From: Mayamaea pseudoterrestris
Taxonomy: Eukaryota
Assembly: GCA_027923505.1 (NCBI GenBank)
Contig: BROI01000001.1
Span: forward strand, 496,001-560,000
Direction: 5' to 3'
Length of the DNA: 64,000 nt
The notes beneath the pieces are model-generated. The model searched no databases, was not told where the DNA came from, and saw nothing but the letters and a program-made list of their open reading frames with translations. This document shows positions 34,267 through 45,519 of the stretch, piece by piece (position 1 is the stretch's first letter; the number at the start of each line of letters is the position of its first letter). The position numbers and the translations under genes are program-made.

Positions 34267-35580
34267 ATGGTTCTCCCATGGTTGAACAAGTCGACTAGCA
34301 ATGCAGCTTCTTCTACTAGCAAGAGCAATGCCGACTTGCCAGGCTATCGTTCCGTTTCTGGAACGACATGCTTGGTGACTGGCTCGAGCGGCCTATGCGG
34401 AGCCCGCCTTGTGGAAATGCTAGTGGAGCGAGGCTGCTCGCATGTCGTAGCCTTTGATTTGGCGGCTCCATCTGCAGAACTACAGGCGCGGTTTGATGCA
34501 ATCCAAACAAAATGCAAAGGAAAGGTGACTGTACTATCTGGTAGCGAGCGTGGGGACTTGACGAACGACGCTGCCTTGAAGAATGCGTTTGAACTCGTGG
34601 CCTCGAGAAACAGCAAGACAAATTCAGTCTCTTCCTACGACGCTATTTTCCACTTGGGAGCCTTGGTCGGTCCATTCTATGCGCGAGATACCTACCACGC
34701 CGTCAATTATCATGCGACGGTCCGCCTCTTGGAATATTGCAAGCTGTACAATTGCACTCGCTTTGTATACTCTAGCAGTCCATCGACGCGCTTTCACAAA
34801 CACTCTGACATTGTCAATGCGCGCGACTGCGACTTGGAGATTCCAAACAGCTTTCTCGCCATGTACGCCGAAGCCAAGGCACTGGGTGAAGTTGCAGTCT
34901 CCAAGGCGCACGATACGTATTGCACTGGCGATGATACCCTCAAACTCAAGACGATTTCAGTCGCGCCACACCAAGTCTATGGACCGCATGACGCACTGCT
35001 ATTGCCAAACTTGCTGGAAGCGGCGGATACTGGTCGGTTGCGCATTTTTGGAAGCGGCTTGAACAAGATTAGTGTCACTTATGTCGACAATTACTGTCAT
35101 GGCTTGATTTGCGGAGCGGATGCGCTCGTCAAGTCGCCTGATTTAGTTGGAGGCAAGTTTTATATTGTCACGGATGATGATGAACCAGTCTTGCTTTGGG
35201 ACTGGATTAATCAAGCTGTCGTTGGCATGGGGTTTGCGGATTTGCATTCCAAGTGGCACTTGCCAAAGTGGTTGCTCTATGGATTGGCCTACATTGGCAG
35301 TTTGGTTTCGCTTGCGACGGGCGCCAAGTTTAAATTGACAAAATTCAATGTCACAATGCTGACGATTCATCGGTATTTTGATATTATGTCGGCACGAAAT
35401 GACTTGGAATATGTTGCCGTCCGCAATGGCAAGGAGGCGTGGGCGGAAACGATTGAATGGTTTCGTGTGAACTGGTTGCCTGGATACTTGAAAAGTCGTC
35501 AGCAAGGTGGTGGCAGCGGACTTGGCTTGGGCGGAATCAGTCAAAAGAGTAGCGTCATACATGCCAAGAAGGTCGAATAA
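34267..35580 (+). CDS. NSDHL: sterol-4-alpha-carboxylate 3-dehydrogenase (3-beta-HSD/NSDHL/ERG26 family)
   Basis: Rossmann motif VTGSSGLCG, YSSSPS, catalytic YAEAK, PHQVYGPHD, SVTYVDN, GKFYIVTD, and a C-terminal KKxx ER-retrieval signal (KKVE). Confidence 0.85.
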   Translation: MVLPWLNKSTSNAASSTSKSNADLPGYRSVSGTTCLVTGSSGLCGARLVEMLVERGCSHVVAFDLAAPSAELQARFDAIQTKCKGKVTVLSGSERGDLTNDAALKNAFELVASRNSKTNSVSSYDAIFHLGALVGPFYARDTYHAVNYHATVRLLEYCKLYNCTRFVYSSSPSTRFHKHSDIVNARDCDLEIPNSFLAMYAEAKALGEVAVSKAHDTYCTGDDTLKLKTISVAPHQVYGPHDALLLPNLLEAADTGRLRIFGSGLNKISVTYVDNYCHGLICGADALVKSPDLVGGKFYIVTDDDEPVLLWDWINQAVVGMGFADLHSKWHLPKWLLYGLAYIGSLVSLATGAKFKLTKFNVTMLTIHRYFDIMSARNDLEYVAVRNGKEAWAETIEWFRVNWLPGYLKSRQQGGGSGLGLGGISQKSSVIHAKKVE

Positions 35581-35744
35581 CTTGTTTTGGTGGGTGGTTG
35601 GTGAATAAATGTAACGAATTGGGCAAGACGATATACTCGCCACAGAGTAAACAGAATTATATAACAAAGTAAACAAGTATAACCTCTTTTATACATTACG
35701 ACAGGTGCGTTATAGGTAACCTACATAAATATGTACCCTCCAAT

Positions 35745-38135
35745 TTAATTGGCCATGTTCAATGCATCGGCCACATCATGAGCATCATCCTGATGCTCAT
35801 TCTCCATCGCAGCACGGTTGGCAAATACAATTTGCTCCAGTTCGCCGGGAACCATTTCAAGCGTCGGATCGACATCAAGGTCTTTTAGCGCGAATTCAGC
35901 ATTGCTATTTGCTGATGGAGTAAACTGTGCAGACCCTCCATCCTCGTCGAATGGCGCCTGGAAAGGCTTCATAGCAAAATCCTGCGTGTTCGAATCATCT
36001 ATCCCGTCATTGGGCTCATTGACAAGACTCAATGATCGCGCTGGTGAACTTGATCCTGCAGTGGATGCTGCGTCCTGCTCTTCGATGGTAGTTAAAGAGG
36101 GTCTCCGCGCATGCTGATCAATCTGCGGCTTGGCAGCAGTCTGCGGACCTTTTGCTAAATGGGCACCTCCAGCCGAAGTTGTCGAACCGTCATTGTCATT
36201 TGCTCCCTTTCCAGTCAATCGTTTCGTTAATCGCCATCTCCACAGCGATCTGTAGCCGCCACGCTTTTCTTTCTTTTCGCGAACTCGCTTGTGCATAGGT
36301 TGCGATAAATACGGCTCCGGTGTCGCATCCGCAAGTCGTGCACGTTTCTGTGGGCATGCTGGCTTCGCTGCTTTTGACTGCGCCTCACCACTGAACTCGC
36401 TGGTATTGCGGTCCCGTCGAGTCACGTATCCTCGGGCCTGCGACTGAATTGTCGTCGCGGCCTCATCGTCTGTGCGCATCTGCGCCAAAAGACCCCTCGC
36501 AAATCTCTGGATTGTCATCGCAGCTTGATCCTGGTCGCGATTACTCGCACCAATAGATACATGAGCTCTGAAATGTCGCTGAATTAGGCTCGCGGCATCA
36601 GTCTTTGCCTGGTACTCGCGTCTTGCTGCTTTAGACCTAAACATCGCTTGCAGCCAAGTCGTGGACGCGAGAAATTCTAAATAGGCTCGTCGAGTTGACA
36701 TGCGCCGCCAAGCACTTTGCAGTCGCGTCGCCTGAGCATCAAGTTCATCGGGTTGTGATGATTGCCATGGAACACCGGCAAAAGGGCAGATTACATCGTC
36801 TCCCCGTTGTTCCAATTCGTCGTAAATTGCATCATTCATTGACGCAATGCGCTCGAGGTAATTTGCCGCAGCTTCACCTTCATGATTGGCATCTCCTTCA
36901 TCTTCATTCCTGGACGGTGGCGGCGTAGGTAAATTGTTGATATATGCACTTCTATGTACCCTGCCATTGCCACCTCCCTCCTGCCACATCCGCGCCATTG
37001 CTTGCAGCTTCACAGCCATATCCAATCTTTGCCACCCGTTGCTTCGAACAGAGTAACCACGCCAAGTGGACTGCATAATCACTGCGGCGCTCACTTGGTC
37101 TTCCAAACGTTCGATACCTTCCAAATCGCTCAAATCTTGTACTGCGTCATGAAACTCGTCTTCAGAATCCAAATCCCCCTCCTCGTCGCCTGTTTCCGTG
37201 GCTGGCGAATGCACCATATTGGTAAATCGATATGTCAGCAGCTTGGCAAGACTATCCACATCCAGTGAGTCCCTGACGGTGTCATCGGTTACCTTGCATC
37301 TGTCGGGGTCGTCACTATCGCTCGACGGCGACTCTATCGACTCGTCTCGAACTTCGTCCAGCTCACGGCTTGCGATAGACTCTGAAACTCCAGTGGCTAC
37401 CCCATCACGGGCCCCAGATTCGACAAGATTAGCTGCAGTCCCTTCCTGCAAGAATTCCAGCTGACTCAAAACAGTCAATCGCTCCTCCTGCAAACGTGGA
37501 ATCAAGTAGTCGAGCTCGTCAAGTTTGGCCTGCAAGGTTTCAGCGTCGACAATAATTGCAGCTCCTTCAAGCGCATCCTCATCAGGGACATCGCTAGTGT
37601 CCACCTGTTGGACAACGTCAACTTCGGCGTCGCCGCTTCCGGTAAACGAAACGTCAAGTGAATCATGTTTGTAAATTTCACGAGGTGAATGCGGTGAATA
37701 TTCATCCTCGGAATCGCTGCACAGGGCTAGAAGCGGCTGCTGCTCGTGGTGCTGGTCAGCCAGCAAATCGGGTCCAGCATGAACAGTTTCAACGGCGCTC
37801 CCTTGCACGCTCTTGGTACTTTCATTCGACGATCCTCGCGAACTAACAGTTTGCCCAGTCTTTTTCAAAAATGAGTTCCATGAAGCTGGTACAGGATGTA
37901 CAATTCCTTCGTCCTGCGAGTCGGGAAGAAGGATGCTGCTGGGCTGTCCATCTTTATCAGCATTGTCTTGAATGTACATGGACAGTAGCTCCACCGATTC
38001 TTCCTTGGGAGCATCTTCGGCAAACGGCGGAAATGGAAAGGCTTCCGTTGCAAACTCCTCGTCCTGACTTTCGCTGGGATCCAGGACGGTAACGAAGAAC
38101 GCGCTGCTGATATCTTCTTCCTCCATAGCGTTCAT
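35745..38135 (-). CDS. acidic IQ calmodulin-binding motif protein
   Basis: Multiple IQ motifs (MQSTWRGY, LQAMARMW, LQSAWRRM, LQAMFRSK, IQRHFRAH, IQRFARGL, IQSQARGY) in an otherwise disordered protein. Confidence 0.75.
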   Translation of the reverse strand: MNAMEEEDISSAFFVTVLDPSESQDEEFATEAFPFPPFAEDAPKEESVELLSMYIQDNADKDGQPSSILLPDSQDEGIVHPVPASWNSFLKKTGQTVSSRGSSNESTKSVQGSAVETVHAGPDLLADQHHEQQPLLALCSDSEDEYSPHSPREIYKHDSLDVSFTGSGDAEVDVVQQVDTSDVPDEDALEGAAIIVDAETLQAKLDELDYLIPRLQEERLTVLSQLEFLQEGTAANLVESGARDGVATGVSESIASRELDEVRDESIESPSSDSDDPDRCKVTDDTVRDSLDVDSLAKLLTYRFTNMVHSPATETGDEEGDLDSEDEFHDAVQDLSDLEGIERLEDQVSAAVIMQSTWRGYSVRSNGWQRLDMAVKLQAMARMWQEGGGNGRVHRSAYINNLPTPPPSRNEDEGDANHEGEAAANYLERIASMNDAIYDELEQRGDDVICPFAGVPWQSSQPDELDAQATRLQSAWRRMSTRRAYLEFLASTTWLQAMFRSKAARREYQAKTDAASLIQRHFRAHVSIGASNRDQDQAAMTIQRFARGLLAQMRTDDEAATTIQSQARGYVTRRDRNTSEFSGEAQSKAAKPACPQKRARLADATPEPYLSQPMHKRVREKKEKRGGYRSLWRWRLTKRLTGKGANDNDGSTTSAGGAHLAKGPQTAAKPQIDQHARRPSLTTIEEQDAASTAGSSSPARSLSLVNEPNDGIDDSNTQDFAMKPFQAPFDEDGGSAQFTPSANSNAEFALKDLDVDPTLEMVPGELEQIVFANRAAMENEHQDDAHDVADALNMAN

Positions 38136-38695
38136 TTTTTGTTCGAGTGTTGCTGTCTATATTTTTGGCGAGTAAGCAAAAAATCTTTTGACGAATCAAG
38201 TAGCAATCCTAGGATATGAATGGAAAGCGACGCCGCATCCATGGTGCTCCGCGTCAAAAGTGAGAAGCTAAGAACACTATCATCTTCCAATCAGGTCCAC
38301 GCGAGTCTTTTTTCTAAAACTGCCTGCTGAAGCACATGAGAATGCGAACCTTCGAGTCGGCAAGTGAGTTTCATATTTTCGACTTGTGTAAGTCGCTCAT
38401 TTTAGGTGACAGAGTGATTATAAGCATTTTGATCGCATTGTCGAAGAAGGATCAAGTTGCTTGCTTGCTTTGATGGCGCAACGCACATTTTTGGCGATCG
38501 ATAAAAGAAATGAATAGCCGAGATGAAAATCCTAATTTTTCGTGAAAACTACTACACCAGACTCTACAGTCAGCACGACGGACAGACGAATCGGCGCGAC
38601 CGCAAAAATGCCCGCGCGCGCACCTCGCAGCGTCAGCTCACATTTTCGTTGCAAGGATCGGCATTCCGTCCACTATCATCCAGCATCCTTTGATT

Positions 38696-40059
38696 ATGAA
38701 GCTACCATTGACCTTTTTCTCACTTCTGCTAGCAAGCGTCTCTGCCTTGAGTGGAGTCGCTCGCAACAAGAACTTTGCCAAACTGGCGGGTGGCTACTTG
38801 TTTCCAGAGATTGGTCGTCGACGAACCGCCTACATTTCCGAAAACCCCGACCAAGCCGACCGCATCATTTCCCTCGGCATTGGCGACACGACGCAGCCAA
38901 TTCCCAAACACATTCTAGCAGGACTAGTTAATGGAGCAAGTAAATTGGGAACCAAGGATGGATACACTGGCTATGGCGCCGAGCAAGGCATGCAGGCGCT
39001 TCGTGAAAAGATTGCGCAAAAGTTATATGACAATCGGATTGCGGCCGACGAAGTCTTTGTCAGTGATGGCGCCAAGTGCGACATTATGCGCATCCAGCAA
39101 ATGTTTGGATCTGATGTTGTCAGCGCCGTTCAGGATCCGTCCTATCCAGTCTATGTTGACACGAGCGTCATGATGGGACAGACGGGCGAGCTTGACGAAA
39201 AGACGAGACAGTTTCAAAACATTGTCTACATGCCGTGTACGCCGGCGAATGGCTTCATGCCAAACTACGCGGAATGCGAGAGAGCCGATATTGTCTATCT
39301 GTGTAGTCCTAAGTGAGTATTGGGTGTTTGTGAAGCAATGGTGGAGTATGTAATCATCTCACAATTGACATGCCTCCATCCCCTTTTCATAGCAACCCAA
39401 CTGGTGCCGCTGCCACCAAGGAACAATTGGAGGCCATGGTGAAACTGTGCAAGGAGCGTGGATCCATTCTTGTCTTTGATGCCGCCTACGCTCCTTTCAT
39501 TCGTACGCCTGGTGTTCCCAAGAGCATTTTTGAAATTGAAGGCGCCAAGGAGGTTGCCATTGAAGTCAATTCATTCTCCAAATACGCTGGTTTCACCGGA
39601 GTTCGACTTGGATGGACTGTCGTACCAAAGGATCTCAAGTTTGCCGATGGAACTTTAGTTTCGCAGGATTTTAACCGTGTCATGACCACTGCTTTCAATG
39701 GAGCGTCCAACATTGTCCAAGGAGGCGGCATGGCATGTTTGGACGACGAGGGATTGGCTGAAATCAACACATTGATTGATTATTACTTGGAGAATGCCAA
39801 GATTCTTCGCGAGACAATGGAGAGCATTGGATTCACAGTCCATGGCGGTGTCGATGCGCCATACGTTTTTGTCGAGCTGCCAGAAAGCATGGGAGGATCA
39901 TGGGACGCCTTTCAAACGATTCTCGAAAAGACGCAAGTCGTTACGATCCCTGGAGCTGGATTTGGTCCGGGCGGCGAAGGTTTCCTGCGCCTCAGTGCAT
40001 TCGCTCCAAGAGATTCCGTTATTGAAGCATGCAAACGACTGAAGGAAACACTTGGTTAA
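38696..40059 (+). CDS. dapL: LL-diaminopimelate aminotransferase (2 exons)
   Basis: GYLFPEI, IISLGIGDTTQPIP, GYGAEQG, FVSDGAKCDI and CSPNNPTG (across intron 39313-39392), DAAY, SFSKYAGFTGVRLGW, PGAGFGPGGEGFLRLSAF. N-terminal signal peptide. Confidence 0.96.
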
Positions 40060-40196
40060 TATTTGTCGCGCCTGCTATGCTTTTGTTACAACTTGTCTTT
40101 CAATGAAATGTCCTGCTGTGTCGTATAAAGGTGACATCCATTTAGCCTATAAACTTGAGTAGTAAATAAAAAATATCACGCTGATTTAGAAACGAA

Positions 40197-42590
40197 CTAC
40201 GCAAGATAGTTGTAGCGGTTGCGATTCTCCGCGTCTCGTTCCATGTAGTCGCGCTCAATCAATGTTTCGATGCGTTTCTTCACGTCGGCGGGCTGCGCAG
40301 GAATTTTGAGTTGCTCCAATACTTGAGGAATCAGCTGAGTATGCAAAATCGTCTTGCGTGCCTTCATGATTCGAACCAGGACTGCATCAATTAAGTACAA
40401 ACGGTCCCTCGAAATTGCATCAACTGTCTTCTCGCGCTCCTCCTTGGTTTCCTTCATCATAATATTGTTAATGCGGATGCGTCGCTGATTCGATTCAAAC
40501 GAGGTATTAATCTTAAATTCGTCTCGATCGTCAATCGTCGTACGCGATCGCTTCTTCTTATCTTGTTCGTAGTCAATTTTGCGTAATATACGAGTCCCTT
40601 CCTTTCCGCAAGCCAGACTCAGCAAGAGACGTTCCATCTCGTCGCGATCATCAAGGCCCAAGAGTTCCATGAGCTTGCGAATGCCTAGTTTAGTATCATT
40701 GCTTACGAACTGCGTCAAAACAAGGGCTTGGCAGAGGCTTACAACCAAATCGTACGTTTTGTTTCCAAATCCATTTGCTCGCACGACGCAATGCCCCAAC
40801 GAGAATTGCCAAGTTATGCGCCTGCCCTGATACTTGGTCGTATAGTGATTCACAAAACGTTCCTGGGGTTCGCGCAAACTTTCCGGCAAGATCAAGTTCG
40901 GATACACTGGATACACGGGCCAGTACCCCGTCGTCAATACCTGAACATCCATTTCAACGGGTCCAGAAGCGGCACTATTGGCTTGCGACTGCTTGTAGAC
41001 TGACATTGTTTCGCGCGAAAAATCCACATCAAGAAACATGCCTTCCAATTTGGCCGTGTAGCCGGCGCCACATTCTGCCTTGAGCAACGAGCACACTTGC
41101 TTCTCCACATCCATGGAAACGACACGATTCCACAGCAAACGCTTGGCCAAATCCTTGCGATAGAACGCCTCGAATATATCTTTGGACTGAATGGGAATGA
41201 AAATGCCGGATATAATCTTTTGCAACCAATCATCCGACGTTTGATACTGATCAAGCTTTTTGGTATTGCGAAGAATGTTGTCCAAAAACTTGGCCAGCTG
41301 CTCGGCCAATCCAGGATCGTGGTTGCAAACCTCCTCCCAAGCGCTCTTGAGGTGTATCCAGTCCTTGCCCTGCGGTAGACGACCGATGAGCGTTCGCATG
41401 GACTCTTGAAGCTGAAGCAAGTCCGTCACAATCTGCGTTGCGTTTACACTGGGAGCAATATTAGTAAGTTGCTGCTGAGTCGTTTGCGCCACAGCGATAG
41501 CCTTGGTGTAACTTTGAACAATCTGCAATCCTTCCGCTTTGCCAAACTGCGCAATCGCCGTTCCAACCAGGGCTTGGCCTTGAGGCAACCGACTCGCCAT
41601 CATCCATAATTGTACAATAGGAGGCGTATTCTTGTCCCTCATGTTTCCACCTTGCTGCGAGAGTTCTAGCTGCAACATGGGAAACAAGTTTGTCGGCTGC
41701 AGCAAATATTCATTGTTCAAATGCGGCTGCACAAGATTATGTTCCAAAATGCTCCACAACCATGTGGCCGGCAGCCAAGGCCAAACAGTCACGTGAACAT
41801 GTCGCTGGTAGCAAAAATCGACAAATGCAGCTGCACGATACGGTCGTTCCTGCTGCCAACTAACGCATTGCTTGGTCCAATATTGTTGCAGATCTTGCTG
41901 GAGCGGCAAACTGGAAAGAAAGCCCAAGTCTTGCCAAACGTACCAAATGGCTTGAAGGTTGCTGCGATTATCGGGACCAGCAGATGCGTCCAAGGAATCC
42001 TTCAAGTCCCAGTCATTCAAAAAGGCGCCTAGCCACTCTCGATACAACGTCTCATCAAGCTCGAGTACCTTGAGTCGCTTTCCAAACTCGTTCAAACCAA
42101 CCTGCCACACGGACAAGCAACTCTGCAGCGACGAACTTCCCTTGACGGCCTGACTCGTTTGCAGACTCCAATAGTGCGTTCGATCGAGCGGCGCAAAGAC
42201 ATGCTTGACCAGCAATAGATATTCGCAGTAGCGCTGGTATTGAGTTGAAACGTAGGATAGGAGCGAGCCAAATGTTGTGGCTGCCACGTCGGTACTTATA
42301 TTGCCGTTCAAAACCACTTCGCAAGCCTTTTCCATGGTTTCTCTCAAGTCGCTGTAGAGTCTTGGTCCATATTGATGCGAAACCAAGTGGACAACATCTT
42401 GATAAGAATTTTGCAGCGATATAAAGTGATTCGTTTGTTGCTGCTGCTGCAAGACTGATAGCGTCCCCTGCAGTAAGTTCTTGGCCGTCAACTCGTAAAA
42501 GTCGTCAGGAAGCTGCGGCGGCTTTTTGAAATTGTGAATGACAATCTTCTTGGGAGCGCTCTTTAGTAAAGCCTTGTTGCGGACGGGCAT
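40197..42590 (-). CDS. cullin (CUL4-like)
   Basis: KKIVIHNFKKPPQLP N-terminus, KDIFEAFYRKDLAKRLL, ECGAGYTAKLEGMF, VLTTGYWP, neddylation motif VRIMKARK, and IETLIERDYMERD...YNYLA. Confidence 0.9.
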   Translation of the reverse strand: MPVRNKALLKSAPKKIVIHNFKKPPQLPDDFYELTAKNLLQGTLSVLQQQQQTNHFISLQNSYQDVVHLVSHQYGPRLYSDLRETMEKACEVVLNGNISTDVAATTFGSLLSYVSTQYQRYCEYLLLVKHVFAPLDRTHYWSLQTSQAVKGSSSLQSCLSVWQVGLNEFGKRLKVLELDETLYREWLGAFLNDWDLKDSLDASAGPDNRSNLQAIWYVWQDLGFLSSLPLQQDLQQYWTKQCVSWQQERPYRAAAFVDFCYQRHVHVTVWPWLPATWLWSILEHNLVQPHLNNEYLLQPTNLFPMLQLELSQQGGNMRDKNTPPIVQLWMMASRLPQGQALVGTAIAQFGKAEGLQIVQSYTKAIAVAQTTQQQLTNIAPSVNATQIVTDLLQLQESMRTLIGRLPQGKDWIHLKSAWEEVCNHDPGLAEQLAKFLDNILRNTKKLDQYQTSDDWLQKIISGIFIPIQSKDIFEAFYRKDLAKRLLWNRVVSMDVEKQVCSLLKAECGAGYTAKLEGMFLDVDFSRETMSVYKQSQANSAASGPVEMDVQVLTTGYWPVYPVYPNLILPESLREPQERFVNHYTTKYQGRRITWQFSLGHCVVRANGFGNKTYDLVVSLCQALVLTQFVSNDTKLGIRKLMELLGLDDRDEMERLLLSLACGKEGTRILRKIDYEQDKKKRSRTTIDDRDEFKINTSFESNQRRIRINNIMMKETKEEREKTVDAISRDRLYLIDAVLVRIMKARKTILHTQLIPQVLEQLKIPAQPADVKKRIETLIERDYMERDAENRNRYNYLA

Positions 42591-43127
42591 GGTATTGATT
42601 GGTATTGACAGGTGAATAAATGAAGGGATGGACGATGCGTGAAGGAATTGATTATATTCGTCTTCTCACCCTTTTTTCAATTGATTTGCACTAGCACTTT
42701 TCTGTAAAACGTGCGGTATCGTTTATTCAATAAGAAATTGCTATCAAAAGAGGGCCAGGGCGAATCGCTTTGCGTTGCTTGCACCCGACACCCGACAAGG
42801 CCATTGTGATCTCACGGCCGCTCGTCGGCGCTGCGGCATCTCATCGATAACCGCAGCGACACAATAACACTATCCCAGTTTCTGTACACAACCACGTCCC
42901 AAAGTTCGCTTGCCACGTTGACTGGTTAGCAGCCGTTTTCACGCTGAACCAATGGTTTGCGCCGAGGAACGACGATGAAGCGAAAGATTCGCGGCGTTGC
43001 AACCAGACTGCTCGGGTTGGATCGATGAACAGGTCAGAGCCGCACATCACCATACATATTGACCATTGCATGTTGTGAACGATAGTTTCATTTTGTTCAT
43101 AATTTAGACGAGAAGAAGATTCATAAG

Positions 43128-45229
43128 ATGATGCTGTTGGTTGCCCTGCATTCGCTCGTCCTGTTGATTGGCGCTCACGCCGCCAACGAAGGTGCAGCTA
43201 GAACGTTTCACCCTCGCCGCCTCTCACTTGAATCGCTCTCGCAGCAAGACAACGACCTCTTGGATGCACTGTCCGTCGATGGAATCGTTTCCATTACAAA
43301 TGTTCCAAACTTTGACAATTACAAGAATGCAGTCATGCAAACCATGCATACTTGTGCGCTTGCTTCCAAGGAAACCAAGATTCATCAGTTCAGTGATGGC
43401 ACGAGGCGGTTGACCATGGCATCCCATACAGTCTTGAACGGGATGCAGCCATTAAAACATGAGAGTGACGAGTGTCGCGAGTTTGAAACTGCATCCGACG
43501 AGTATCGCAGAAGTGTCAGCCTCGTGACGCAGGAATTGGCGAATCGAATGGCGGTTGTCACCAAGGAACCTTTGCTCAGGACGGCCAGTGGCTATACCTT
43601 TGACACGTTGCGTGAAGTGGTGCAGGCTGGGGAGCACTTGGAGCATTTTCATAGTTACCAGAAACTGGCCGAGTCGTCGTCGTCGTCAAGTGCTAACGCA
43701 GCCGCAGCCACAGCCACCATTGACTTGCACACCGATCAAGGCCTCTTCATTGTCTTTTCACCGGGTCGAATTACTTCTCTCGATGGTGCTGACAGTGTAC
43801 CATCGTCTGGCTTCTTTATCGAGACACCTGATGGTTCAATCGCTCAAGTAGAATTTGATGACGAGGACGACTTGATCATCATGCTTGGCGACGGAGTGAA
43901 CCAGTATGTGAATCCAAAACTATCAGAGTCATCACCACAGCTCCGCGCCGTGCCACACAGTCTTGTCGTGCCAGACCATGACGCCAATCAAGTTCGCGTT
44001 TGGTATGGCCGCATGGTACTGGCTCCGGCGGATGCCATTTACCCGGCGCATGATGTCACGTTTGGAAACCTTCGCAACCGCATGATTGATGCATCGTACG
44101 CAAGCGAAATCGAGTCTCAATCAACACTGTCGCTCGGCTGCTCGGGCAGTCGAATTGCCCGCGAACTAACGGACCAAGTCACGTGCGGAGCCAACGCCTT
44201 GTACTGCTGGCACCAGTGCATGGACTTTGACGACTATAACGTTACGGAGGACGACTGCACGAGTCGCGACTTGCAGCTCCAATGCATTAATCCTCGCCTC
44301 CAAATTAGTAACGGCACGCTTCATGGCGACTACTATCCTGGCTGTGTCGCAAAGGATGCGGAAATGGAAACGCCCATTCCAAAATTGGACAGTTATCCGC
44401 GCGACGATGATGCCTGCACCACTAAAGACTTTCTGGCCTTTAGCACCGACTCTGACTACAATCACACGGCCGTCTTGTTGGAAAATGTTTCAGTCTTGCA
44501 GTGGAATGTACGACAGGACTCGAGCGGCGAAATGGTGTTGGATGCTCGCCTATCATTCAATGGCTTGTTTGGTTTCTTGGGATTGGGATTTGCGTCATCC
44601 TTTGGTGAACTGCATGGCATGTTGGGAGCGGTACGTGGACATGAATGAGTGAAGATGCATGGCTTTACAAATTTTAACAGCATCGACGTATTCTCTTACA
44701 TTCATGCACTTGCTTCTTCGCACTGCAGAAAGTCCTCTTGGCTCGACCGGGCGACAACTACACTGGATACTCCGGCTTGGATCTTTCCGGTGGCCCTAAC
44801 GTGCACGAATTTCAAATCGATTCCGAGCAGACACCCTTTCGAGTTTGGATGACATCCGAGTCGGAAATTGCTGCACCAAGTGGCAGTGAATTTTCGTCCA
44901 GTATTGTCAACTCGTCCGACTGCTTCACATCCATGAAAATCGTCACAAGCAGCATCAAGGGCCAAGCCTTCAACTCTAGCGGCACGGATGAAATGCTTTG
45001 GGCCGCCAATGGCCAAGACTACTACATGATGTATCATGGCGCCAACCGTGGTCGATTTTCGCTCCATTGGCCGACGGGCGAGGTGGAGTTGTTGTCCAAG
45101 CCACCATTTAGTGAGGAGAGCGCGTCGACAGTTCCACCCAGTGGAGAGGAGTCTGGCTCGCAACAGAGCCAGTTGAGTGTATCGGGTCTGGTTGCGGCCA
45201 TGCTGCTAGGGCTAGTCGCAATTGCTTAA
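43128..45229 (+). CDS. secreted 2OG-Fe(II) dioxygenase-like plus Cys-rich plus DOMON-like protein, probable GPI/TM anchor (2 exons)
   Basis: Signal peptide; LHTDQGLF (HxD), IMLGDG, RAVPH, RVWYGRM; YCWHQCM segment; DOMON-like LQWNV...GFLGLGF...MLGAKV...MLWA...YHGANRG; hydrophobic C-terminus. Intron 44631-44728. Confidence 0.7.
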
Positions 45230-45519
45230 AGTAGAGATTAGATAGACAAAGGCTAAGTAGCTACCGGTAGTTAATTCTCAAAGTTCCGTTCGTGCAATCG
45301 TGCGTGCCTTTCGGTGTGACCAGTGGCGCGCCAGCGCGCCATCGAAGGACAGATTGGCCCCTCCAGCAAGCAAGATGCGTGCCATGAAGGATGGGAAAGG
45401 CTTCACTGGTCAGACAACAAACGACTTTCTTCTCTCGCATTTGTACTCTCTGTTTCGCCCGTCACTTACTATATTTCGATACTCGCAATCACCAATCCTC
45501 TATAAGCAAGCAAGAAGTC

